Shown: one piece after another, positions 36,384 through 45,155 of the stretch
How the letters are laid out: every line of letters begins with the position of its first letter
Position numbering within the stretch: the stretch's first letter is position 1
Assembly (NCBI GenBank): GCA_947632115.1
Contig: CANROB010000001.1
Location: 26,161-90,160, forward strand
Source of the DNA: an uncultured Bacilli bacterium
Lineage (GTDB): Bacteria > Bacillota_I > Bacilli_A > RF39 > UBA660
Length of the DNA: 64,000 bases
Direction of reading: 5' to 3'
Program-made: the position numbers and the translations under genes
The notes under the pieces: generated by a model
The model's database searches: none
What the model was told of the DNA's origin: nothing
What the model saw: the letters and a program-made list of their open reading frames with translations, nothing else

Positions 36384-37688
36384 ATGTTAAAATGTGATTC
36401 AAGAGAAATAAAAGAGGGAGATACCTTTTTAGCTCTTAAAGGACAAATTTATGATGGACATGATTTTATTGAAGAGGCGATTCGCCTAGGGGCAAGCAAG
36501 ATTATTGCGGAAAGAGGGGAATATTCTGTTCCTACAGAAATTGTTCCTTCTACCAAAGAATATTTAAATAAGTATTTAAAAGACCATATGGTACCTATTA
36601 AGATAATTGGAGTAACAGGAACCAATGGGAAAACAACTACTTGCTTTTTAATTTGGCAAATATTCTGGATGTTAGATATTCCTTGCAGTTATATTGGTAC
36701 ATTAGGATTTTACACGAAAGAAAAGAAGAGTGACTTAAAAAATACAACGCCAGGAAGTTTAGAACTATTACGTCTTTTTGAAGAAAGCTATGAAGAGGGA
36801 TGCCAGTATGTAGTGATGGAAGCAAGTAGCCAAGCACTAGATCAAGGAAGACTAGATTTTATCACCTTTGACTATGCTATTTTTACAAATTTAACGCAAG
36901 ATCATTTGGATTATCACCATACGATGGAGAATTATTTAAAAGCTAAACAAAAACTTTTTGATAAAGTAAAAAAGGAAGGTGTTTCCATTATTAATGGGGA
37001 TGATCCTTGTAGTTCTTATTTTGAAAAAGGAAACTTTGTCACTTATGGATATTCTTCCTGTGATTATGAGATAGAAGGGGAAAATTCTTCTTTTACCATC
37101 AATGAAGAGGAGTATCAAACCTCTCTTTTAGGAAAATATAATATATATAATATGACATCAGCCATTTGTCTTTTTTACCAGTTAGGATATACTCCTTTGG
37201 ATTTAAAAGAAAGTATCTTAAAGTGTCATTCTCCAGAAGGAAGAATGGATGTCATTTCTTATGGAACAAATAAAATTATTGTAGATTACGCCCACACTCC
37301 CGATGCGATGGAAAATATTTTAGATTGTGTAAGAGAGATGCCATATCACAAAATTATTACGATTATTGGTTGTGGAGGGGATCGCGATAAAAGTAAAAGA
37401 CCTATTATGGGAGAAATTGCTACTAGAAAATCTGATTATGTCATTTTTACAAGTGATAATCCGAGAAGCGAAAATCCTATGCGTATCTTAAAGGATATGA
37501 TAAAAGGGCTTGACAGTGTGAATTATGAAATAGAGTCAAATCGTGAGATTGCCATTAAAAAAGGTATACAATTTCTTACAAATGATGATATACTATTAGT
37601 GCTTGGAAAAGGTCATGAAAAGTATCAAATTATTGGAACAGAAAAAAGATTCTTTGATGATAAACAGGTGATACGAGATAATATTTAG
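36384..37688 (+). CDS. murE: UDP-N-acetylmuramoyl-L-alanyl-D-glutamate--2,6-diaminopimelate ligase (DNPR-type).
   Basis: N-terminus DSREIKEGDTFLALKGQIYDGHDFIEEAIRLGASKIIAE and P-loop GVTGTNGKTTTCF. The DNPR motif TSDNPRSENP is present. It is followed by mraY. Confidence 0.8.
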   Translation: MLKCDSREIKEGDTFLALKGQIYDGHDFIEEAIRLGASKIIAERGEYSVPTEIVPSTKEYLNKYLKDHMVPIKIIGVTGTNGKTTTCFLIWQIFWMLDIPCSYIGTLGFYTKEKKSDLKNTTPGSLELLRLFEESYEEGCQYVVMEASSQALDQGRLDFITFDYAIFTNLTQDHLDYHHTMENYLKAKQKLFDKVKKEGVSIINGDDPCSSYFEKGNFVTYGYSSCDYEIEGENSSFTINEEEYQTSLLGKYNIYNMTSAICLFYQLGYTPLDLKESILKCHSPEGRMDVISYGTNKIIVDYAHTPDAMENILDCVREMPYHKIITIIGCGGDRDKSKRPIMGEIATRKSDYVIFTSDNPRSENPMRILKDMIKGLDSVNYEIESNREIAIKKGIQFLTNDDILLVLGKGHEKYQIIGTEKRFFDDKQVIRDNI

Positions 37689-37699
37689 GAGATGATTCA

Positions 37700-38689
37700 A
37701 TGTACGTCATAACAAAGGCAATGCTAGCTTTAATGGTTGGATTTGTGATTTCTGTTATTTTTGGATTAATAGCCATTCCTGTTTTAAAAAAAATTGCTAG
37801 ACAAAAGGTAAGTACTTATCTAGAAAAAGCGCATCAAGAAAAAGAGGGAACTCCTACCATGGGAGGTATTATCTTTATTCTTCCAACGATTGCCGCTACC
37901 TTGATTCTTTTGTTAATGAATAAAATTGAATTTTCTTATAATTTACTCGTTGTTCTTTTTGTTTTTCTTGCGTATGCTGTTCTTGGCTTTATCGATGATT
38001 TTTTGATTATTAAGCGAAGAAACAATGTAGGATTAACGGAATTTCAGAAGTTAGCAGGGCAACTTTTTATTGCCCTTATCTTCTTTGCTATTTATATGAA
38101 GGGCGGAGCAGAACCGGTTTTAGATATTTATGTTTTAAATATTCGAATTGATATGGGTTGGTTCTATGGGGTATTCCTTCTATTTACTTTGATTGCTAGT
38201 AGCAATGCTGTAAATATTACGGATGGCTTAGATGGATTAGCTGGTGGCTTATCGGTTATTGCCTTTTTAACATTTGGGATGATTACTTGGGCAAGTAATG
38301 GTATTCCAGGAAATGTAGATATTGCTGTTTTCTGTTTTGTTTTAGTGGGAGCTCTTTTAGGATTCCTTGTTTATAATACGCATCCTGCTAAGGTCTTTAT
38401 GGGTGATACCGGATCATTATCACTAGGCGCAACTTTAGCATCCGTTGCCATTATTTCTAAACATGAAATTACTTTATTAGTAGTGGCAGGTGTCTTTGTT
38501 TTTGAGACACTCGTATGTATCATCCAAATTATTGGTATGGTATACTTTCGAAGAAAGATATTCTTGATGACTCCTTTTCATCACCACTTAGAAAAATTAG
38601 GATGGAGTGAGCAGGATATTGTCAAACTCTTTTGGGTAATCGGTCTTGTCTTAAGTATGTCTGCTATTATCTTTGGAGTATGGATTTAA
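37700..38689 (+). CDS. mraY: Phospho-N-acetylmuramoyl-pentapeptide transferase.
   Basis: 329 aa polytopic protein. MraY signatures GGIIFIL, NAVNITDGLDGLA and HHHLEKLGW are present. Confidence 0.85.
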   Translation: MYVITKAMLALMVGFVISVIFGLIAIPVLKKIARQKVSTYLEKAHQEKEGTPTMGGIIFILPTIAATLILLLMNKIEFSYNLLVVLFVFLAYAVLGFIDDFLIIKRRNNVGLTEFQKLAGQLFIALIFFAIYMKGGAEPVLDIYVLNIRIDMGWFYGVFLLFTLIASSNAVNITDGLDGLAGGLSVIAFLTFGMITWASNGIPGNVDIAVFCFVLVGALLGFLVYNTHPAKVFMGDTGSLSLGATLASVAIISKHEITLLVVAGVFVFETLVCIIQIIGMVYFRRKIFLMTPFHHHLEKLGWSEQDIVKLFWVIGLVLSMSAIIFGVWI

Positions 38690-38730
38690 AGAAGAAACTT
38701 TTCTTCTTTTTTTATTGTTGAAGGAGAAAA

Positions 38731-38739
38731 AAACTGCTA
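38731..38739 (+). promoter_or_regulatory. Extended -10 (TGcTATAAT) promoter element for the 608-aa hypothetical gene.
   Basis: ctgctataat at 38730-38739. Confidence 0.35.
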
Positions 38740-38768
38740 TAATGGAAAAGGTAGGATAGGTGGTACAC

Positions 38769-40586
38769 ATGCTAATATCTATGAGTGATTCTTATACTAC
38801 ACATGATTTAAAGACAAACACTTCCATTACGAAAAGTAATCTTTCCAAACAAACACCTGAAGCATTTAATAATGTTGTAGAAACGTATGAGGAAAGAACA
38901 AGTGATGAAAGTTTAGGTGATACGTATGAAAAAGATCTACAATTGGCAAAAGACCTCGTAGGGGTTTATAACGATACTTTAGAACATACAAAGAAAAGTA
39001 AGGAAGAGTTAGAAAAAACTTTTAATGATGCCTTAAAACGAAAAAATAATAGTGCGATAAAAGACTTTGCAGGAGATCCTCTTCGCTGTTATACGCCAGA
39101 TGAGTATGAGACACTTATGGAAAAAACTGTTTTAAAAAGTTATGACGAGTTAGATAGTGACGAATTCAATTTTGACGAAGAGGATATCGCTCAAATGCGA
39201 AAAAGTACGGAAAAATCCATTGGAGAATATCGAAAAAAATTCAATGAATATTTAAAATCAACTATTGGCATGACCTATGAAGAATATCAAGAAAAGATGT
39301 CTGGATATGAAAGCGATATTTCGATTTTAAAGGCATCGAAGTACAAGGCAGAACAAGAAGCTAAAGAGTTACCATATTTAATAATGGCAGAGTCCGATGA
39401 GTTTTTAGCTTATGTTGAAGAACAAAAGAAAAATCCAACAAAAATAGATTTTAGTTCGTTAGACCAAACTTATGGTGCAGATGGCGGTGCTAATCAATAT
39501 CGCGGAGTTGTAAATGAGGTAGCGGTTGCAGAAGCTGTAAAAAGAGGCGAAGCAGAAGCTTATATGTGCGCCGATTTTTTGAGCAACATTCGATATGACG
39601 TATTAACGGACCAAGATAAAATGATGTATAGCTACCTTTATGATACGAAAGGGGTAGGAGCTGCTAAAAAGTATTTAGCGGATATCGAAGATCGCTTGAA
39701 TGCTATCGAGGGAAAAAGGGAAGCCGATTCTTTTATTGCTAGTATATCTGATGCTAATGGAAACATTTCTACAACCGCACTAAATAGTGCTTTAACTGCT
39801 GGAAAAGGTTTTGAAGATGGTATAGAAAGTTTTGCAGAAGGAATTGGGAATATCTTTGCTACGGAAGGTATAAAGAGTACGAATCAATATGCTCAAATAT
39901 ATATTTTAGCAGCTTTGGAAGATCATAAAGTTTTAAAAACAAGTTATGATGTCGGTCTTACTACTGGTCAATTAGCGCCTACTTTAACAGCTTCCGCTTT
40001 GGTATCTGTTTTAGGAACACCAGCTGCTGGAAAAGCAGCGGCCACAGGATTATTATTCGCTAGTAATTTAGGATCTGAAAAAAATAAAGCATTAATTGAG
40101 GGAAACGGTATGTTAGAGTCTTGCGTTTATGGTACTTGTTCTGCTTTAACCACGTCAGGTTTAACCTATTTAGTTGGTAAAATACCTGGACTTAGTGCAG
40201 AGTCTGGATTATCTTTTAAAAATATCATGTTAGATGGATTTAATAAAGCAAATTTAACATATGCTAAGCAAGGGCTTCGTTACGCAATTTTAGATGAAGA
40301 AGTTAATCTTGATAAATTGAATGAAGACGCCAAACAGGCCTTTTTTACAGGTGCTTTATCCTCTTTCATCTTAAATGGAACAGGAGAGGTTTTAAATTTT
40401 ACAGCCAATAATGAACATGTCTCAGTAGATTTACAAAATGTTGCAAATTACTTAAATGACCATAAGGGTGCTAAAGTAATGGATGCAGTAAAAGCGAGCG
40501 TACCAACTTTGCTAGAAGATTCTGGTGCTCCAGAACTAGTGGAAGGGGCCTTGGATGCTGCACTCGATAACTTGGATTTGGGATAA
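38769..40586 (+). CDS. Hypothetical 606-aa protein with an acidic, helical N-terminal region and a Gly/Ala/Ser-rich hydrophobic glycine-zipper-like C-terminal region. It has no signal peptide.
   Basis: The N-terminus is rich in E/K/D coiled segments. The C-terminus is …GLTTGQLAPTLTASALVSVLGTPAAGKAAATGLLFASNLG…CVYGTCSALTTSGLTYLVGKIPGLSAESGL…. Three starts are possible (GTG 38760, ATG 38769, ATG 38781); 38769 has a GGTGG RBS. Confidence 0.45.
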   Translation: MLISMSDSYTTHDLKTNTSITKSNLSKQTPEAFNNVVETYEERTSDESLGDTYEKDLQLAKDLVGVYNDTLEHTKKSKEELEKTFNDALKRKNNSAIKDFAGDPLRCYTPDEYETLMEKTVLKSYDELDSDEFNFDEEDIAQMRKSTEKSIGEYRKKFNEYLKSTIGMTYEEYQEKMSGYESDISILKASKYKAEQEAKELPYLIMAESDEFLAYVEEQKKNPTKIDFSSLDQTYGADGGANQYRGVVNEVAVAEAVKRGEAEAYMCADFLSNIRYDVLTDQDKMMYSYLYDTKGVGAAKKYLADIEDRLNAIEGKREADSFIASISDANGNISTTALNSALTAGKGFEDGIESFAEGIGNIFATEGIKSTNQYAQIYILAALEDHKVLKTSYDVGLTTGQLAPTLTASALVSVLGTPAAGKAAATGLLFASNLGSEKNKALIEGNGMLESCVYGTCSALTTSGLTYLVGKIPGLSAESGLSFKNIMLDGFNKANLTYAKQGLRYAILDEEVNLDKLNEDAKQAFFTGALSSFILNGTGEVLNFTANNEHVSVDLQNVANYLNDHKGAKVMDAVKASVPTLLEDSGAPELVEGALDAALDNLDLG

Positions 40587-40689
40587 TCACTAAGTTAAAC
40601 CTAAAAATTCATTGGAAAAGTGGTTTAAAGACCGCTTTTTTTATTGTAAATTTCCATTATTATGATATAATTGATAATAGGTGAATAGT

Positions 40690-42105
40690 ATGTTAAATAA
40701 GACTAAGGTAGTGGTTACTATTGGGCCAGCAACAATGGAAAAAGAGCAAATAAAACGGCTTATGCAAAATGGGATGGATGTTGTTCGTCTCAATATGAGT
40801 CATGCTGATTATCATTTTTGTACGGATATTATTGAGAAAGTAAAAGAATTAAATCAAGAACTTCATTTAAGTATTGCAACGATGTTAGATTTAATGGGAC
40901 CAGAAGTTCGAACAGGAGAGTTTATAAATGGACAAGCTTATTTTAGAAAAGGGGATAAGGTCCGCATTTATATGGATCCTGTGATGGGGGATAGTACAAA
41001 GTTTTCGGTTAGTTATAGTGACCTCATTAAAGAGGTGGGATATAATACCATTATTAAAGTTAAAGATGGCTTGATGCTTTTTGAAGTAATTGATATTCAA
41101 AGTGATTTCTTAGTCTGTGAAGCCTTAAATGATGGAACTATTGGGAATTGTCAATCTGTTAAAGTAGAAGGAGTAAAACTCCATCTTCCAAGAATGACGA
41201 AGAAAGATGAAACAGATATCATTTTTGCTCATAAAATGGGAGTAGACTTCCTTGCTCTTTCTCATGTAAGTGGACCAGAGGATGTTCTTGCAGCTAGTGA
41301 TATTTTAATTAATTTAAAAAATGACCATATTGGGTTGATTTCTAAAATTGAAAATGAAGAAGCTGTTGATAATTTAGATCAAATCATTCGGGTAAGTGAT
41401 GGTGTGATGGTTGCCCGTGGAGATTTAGGAGTGGATATTCCTTTAGAAAGAGTTCCTGGTGTTCAAAAGAAGATTATTGAGAAATGTCATAAAGCTGGAA
41501 TTGTGAGTATTGTAGCAACAGAACTTTTATCTTCTATGGAAAGTTCTATTCGACCAACAAGGGCAGAGGTAAGTGATGTTGCGAATGCTGTTTTAGATGG
41601 CGCGGATGCCGTTATGTTAAGTAATGAAACGACAATCGGTAAATTTCCTATTGAAACGCTAAATATGATGGAAAAAATCATTAATTCTGCTGAACGAGAT
41701 ATTGATTACTTAGATTTCTTAAGTAGAAAAGATGAAAAAGATACCGATATTACGGGAATGATTTCCCATAGTGTTGCCGAATGCGCAAGTAGGCTAAAGT
41801 GTTGTGCAATTATTGCTCCGACGATGAGTGGTTATACTGCTCGGAAGATGAGTAATTGTAGACCAAGATGTCCAATTATCGCCGTAAGTCCTAATGAAGA
41901 GACGGTAAAATCTTTACAACTTCATTTTGCTGTTAATCCTGTGTTAATTGATGAAATGAAAGATTTTGATAAAATCATAGAAGTATCTAAAAAGGTTACT
42001 TTTGAATTAATTTCGACATCTCCTGGTGATAAGATTATTATTACCGGAGGATATCCATTTAAGGATGTTAAAACAACGAATTTTATGAAAATAGAAGAAT
42101 TATAG
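40690..42105 (+). CDS. pyk: Pyruvate kinase, without a C-terminal PEP-utiliser domain.
   Basis: KTKVVVTIGPATMEKEQIKRLMQNGMDVVRLNMSHAD and MVARGDLGVDIP are Pyk signatures. Confidence 0.9.
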   Translation: MLNKTKVVVTIGPATMEKEQIKRLMQNGMDVVRLNMSHADYHFCTDIIEKVKELNQELHLSIATMLDLMGPEVRTGEFINGQAYFRKGDKVRIYMDPVMGDSTKFSVSYSDLIKEVGYNTIIKVKDGLMLFEVIDIQSDFLVCEALNDGTIGNCQSVKVEGVKLHLPRMTKKDETDIIFAHKMGVDFLALSHVSGPEDVLAASDILINLKNDHIGLISKIENEEAVDNLDQIIRVSDGVMVARGDLGVDIPLERVPGVQKKIIEKCHKAGIVSIVATELLSSMESSIRPTRAEVSDVANAVLDGADAVMLSNETTIGKFPIETLNMMEKIINSAERDIDYLDFLSRKDEKDTDITGMISHSVAECASRLKCCAIIAPTMSGYTARKMSNCRPRCPIIAVSPNEETVKSLQLHFAVNPVLIDEMKDFDKIIEVSKKVTFELISTSPGDKIIITGGYPFKDVKTTNFMKIEEL

Positions 42106-42122
42106 AAAAAGGGTGAAACTAT

Positions 42123-44549
42123 ATGTATGATTTAGGAGATCAGTTTGCACTTGATTTAAACAAGGCAAAAGCCAATCCTTATAGTGTGTTGACTGGTGAG
42201 AAATATCGAATTACGGTTTTAACAGAACGACTAGTTCGCTTAGAATATAGTCCTAATGGCGTTTTTGAAGATAGACCAACCGAACTTGTATTTTGCAGAA
42301 ATTTTCCTCAGGTAGAAGTATCGGTAGCAAACCAAGGCTCTAACATTATAGTAGAGACTAGTTATTTTAAATTGACATATGTAAAAAATGCACCATTTAA
42401 AGGAACAACTGTTAATAAAACTGCCAATTTAAAAGTAGAATTAAAAAATACGGATCGTGTATGGTATTATGGACATCCTGAGGTTAGAAATTATTTAGCG
42501 CCAATTCTTCAATCGACGGGTAGTAAAGACGATGATCCTCGTTATAATATGAGAGGATTATACTCTATCGATGGATTTGCTTCTATTGATGACTCTAATT
42601 CCAAAGTCTTTAATGCTAGAGGAAACTGTTTGCTTAGAGAAAACCCTGAGACAGATATCTATTTATTTATGTATTTCCGTGATTTCACGGCTTGTCTTAA
42701 AGATTATTATTCTTTGACTGGTTATCCTGCTTTAATACCAAGATATGCTTTAGGAAACTGGTGGAGTAGAAATGATAACTATACCGAAGATCAATTAGAG
42801 GAATTGATTAAAACATTTGAAATAAATGAGATTCCCATGTCTATTATCATGCTAGATAAGGACTGGCATATTCGAATTCGGGAAGGAGACAAACATTTAA
42901 AAACTGGTTTTACTTTTAATGCTCAAAATATTCAAGACCCAGGAAGATTAGTAGAACTAATGCACTCCAAAGGCATACGTATTGGTTTAAATATCAATCC
43001 AACGGAAGGACTTTATCCTATTGATTCTTATTATTCTGAGTTAACAAAGTATTTGCAGCCTTTTCCTAATGGAGTCATTCCTTTTAATGTATATGACCCT
43101 AAGACAGTAGATGTTTATCTAAAAATATTAATCCACCCATTAGATAATTTTGGAATTGATTTCTTCTGGATTGATTGGTATGACAAAGATAGAACTGAGG
43201 AGTTAGCGCTTTTAAAACATTATCATTTCTATGATATGATGAGAAACTATAAACGTAGACCAATGGTATATGGTTATAATGCTTCGATTGCGCCTCACCG
43301 GTACCCTGTTTTATATGCAGGAAAATCAACCGTTAGTTGGGATACTCTTCGGGAGATTCCTTTCTTCAATGGAAAGGCTACCAATATTGGTGTTTCATGG
43401 TGGAGTCATGATATTGGCGGTTTCTTCTATGGCATAGAGGATAATGAGTTATATGAAAGATATATTCAGTTAGGAACTTTCTCACCAATCTTAAAATTAA
43501 GTGCGGATGTGGGGCGTTTCTATAAAAGAGAGCCTTGGCGTTGGGATATGCAAACGTATGCGATTGCTAAAGATTATTTGCAGTTGCGTCATCGTCTAAT
43601 TCCTTACTTATATTCCGAAGCTTATAAGTACTATAAGTATGGAATTCCTCTTATTCAACCTATTTATTATCGCTATCCAGAACTTTATGATGATACTTTA
43701 TATCGAAATGAATATTATTTTGGTAGTCAGTTCTTCATTTGTCCAATTACAACAAAGAAAGAACTAGTCATGAATCGTGTTATTCAAAAGTTCTTCTTAC
43801 CAGAAGGAACTTGGTATGATTATGTAACCGGAAAGAAATTCCCAGGTGGTAGAAAGTATGTTTCTTTCTTTAGGGATCAAGATTATCCAGTATTTGCAAA
43901 AGCGGGAGCTATTATTCCTCTTGCGAAGAAAACAGAAAATTTAAATGATACAACGCCACCAAAAGATATGGAGATTCATATTTTCCCAGGAGAAAGTAAT
44001 AACTATCGCTTATATGAAGATGATGGGGTTAGTGACTTATATCTAAAAGGATATTATTTATTAACCTTAATTGATTATAACTACTTACCAAATAATTACA
44101 CAGTTATTATTCGACCTTTAGAGGGTAAGAGTGGAATTATTCCAGATACGAGAAACTATAAAATTCGTTTCCGTAATACGAAGAAATCAGAAGATGTAAC
44201 GGCTTTTGTTCGGGATGCAAAAATTGAATGTAAGACCTCTGTTGAGGGACCAGACTTTATTGTAGAAGTAAATGATGTACCAACAACACAACAGTTAACC
44301 ATTAACTGTAAAGGAAAAGATATCGAGATTGATGCCATTCGTATCATTATGGAAGATATTGAATCTATCATTAGTGATCTTCCTATTCCAACGAAGACGA
44401 AAGAAGCAATTTATGACTTATTTGTTAGTGATGAACAAATTCAGAAGAAGAGAATTGCGATTCGTAAGATGGGTCAAGGAAAAGATTCTCTTGATACAAA
44501 ATATATACAATTATTTATAAAACTACTTGAATATATCAGTCAAGTGTAA
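42123..44549 (+). CDS. Glycoside hydrolase family 31 protein (alpha-glucosidase/alpha-xylosidase-like).
   Basis: 808 aa. FFWIDWYDKD resembles the nucleophile region. VSWWSHDIGGFF matches the YicI-type WSHDIGGF acid/base motif. Confidence 0.6.
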   Translation: MYDLGDQFALDLNKAKANPYSVLTGEKYRITVLTERLVRLEYSPNGVFEDRPTELVFCRNFPQVEVSVANQGSNIIVETSYFKLTYVKNAPFKGTTVNKTANLKVELKNTDRVWYYGHPEVRNYLAPILQSTGSKDDDPRYNMRGLYSIDGFASIDDSNSKVFNARGNCLLRENPETDIYLFMYFRDFTACLKDYYSLTGYPALIPRYALGNWWSRNDNYTEDQLEELIKTFEINEIPMSIIMLDKDWHIRIREGDKHLKTGFTFNAQNIQDPGRLVELMHSKGIRIGLNINPTEGLYPIDSYYSELTKYLQPFPNGVIPFNVYDPKTVDVYLKILIHPLDNFGIDFFWIDWYDKDRTEELALLKHYHFYDMMRNYKRRPMVYGYNASIAPHRYPVLYAGKSTVSWDTLREIPFFNGKATNIGVSWWSHDIGGFFYGIEDNELYERYIQLGTFSPILKLSADVGRFYKREPWRWDMQTYAIAKDYLQLRHRLIPYLYSEAYKYYKYGIPLIQPIYYRYPELYDDTLYRNEYYFGSQFFICPITTKKELVMNRVIQKFFLPEGTWYDYVTGKKFPGGRKYVSFFRDQDYPVFAKAGAIIPLAKKTENLNDTTPPKDMEIHIFPGESNNYRLYEDDGVSDLYLKGYYLLTLIDYNYLPNNYTVIIRPLEGKSGIIPDTRNYKIRFRNTKKSEDVTAFVRDAKIECKTSVEGPDFIVEVNDVPTTQQLTINCKGKDIEIDAIRIIMEDIESIISDLPIPTKTKEAIYDLFVSDEQIQKKRIAIRKMGQGKDSLDTKYIQLFIKLLEYISQV

Positions 44550-44555
44550 TATAAT
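44527..44555 (+). promoter_or_regulatory. Promoter of the T-box leader (TTGAAT, 17-nt spacer, TATAAT), overlapping the 3' end of the GH31 gene.
   Basis: ttgaat at 44527-44532 and tataat at 44550-44555. Confidence 0.45.
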
Positions 44556-44561
44556 AAAGTG

Positions 44562-44770
44562 CATAAAGCGCTGAAAAAGAGTAGTAGTAGTGGACTATTC
44601 GTAGAGAGAAAGTGGTTGGTGAAAACTTTTAATAGAAAACTATGAACTCGCTTTGGAGCTGCTCGTAAGAGACGTTAATCTGCGTTAAAGAATGAGGGCA
44701 TAATAAAAGTATTATGAAGAAGGGTGGTACCGCGATTCGTCGTCCCTTCATTCATGATACTTTTTTTAGT
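44562..44770 (+). promoter_or_regulatory. T-box riboswitch leader, probably with a leucine specifier (CUC), controlling a small membrane protein gene and leuS.
   Basis: AGAGAG (GA motif) in stem I. A CUC codon sits in gaaCUCg. The T-box sequence is gaaGGGTGGTACCGCGattcgtcgtccc at about 44719-44746, followed by a terminator stem gaaggg…cccttc and a T-run at 44760-44766. Confidence 0.75.
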
Positions 44771-44779
44771 AGGAGGATT

Positions 44780-45154
44780 ATGAAAGAAGTCATTATATGG
44801 TTTGTGCTGATGGTGATTATTTACTTATTTTATGAATTATTTGTCATTCATAAAGAAAAAGCACTAGAAAATATGAAAGAGGGAAAAGAGTTGACACTAT
44901 TATCCCGTAAGTATCACTTAGATTATCAAAAGTTAAATCTAAAATCTGTTGTGCGTACGGTGGCGTTAACTAATTCTTTCATTATTTCAACGGTAGTTAC
45001 CATAGGTTATCTATTACAATTTTGGATTTCTAATTTTTTCCTTTGGACACTAGCTGTATTAGGAATCGGGATGATCCTTTTAGTCCCTTGCATTCTTATC
45101 TTTTATAGTTTCATTGGAAAACATTATCAAAAAATACAAGAAGGAGGAAAATAA
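44780..45154 (+). CDS. Small (124 aa) integral membrane protein between the T-box and leuS.
   Basis: The ATG at 44780 has an AGGAGG RBS. Three predicted TM helices are present. Its stop overlaps the leuS RBS. The 44714 start in the ORF track would overlap the T-box and is unlikely. Confidence 0.5.
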   Translation: MKEVIIWFVLMVIIYLFYELFVIHKEKALENMKEGKELTLLSRKYHLDYQKLNLKSVVRTVALTNSFIISTVVTIGYLLQFWISNFFLWTLAVLGIGMILLVPCILIFYSFIGKHYQKIQEGGK

Positions 45155-45155
45155 A

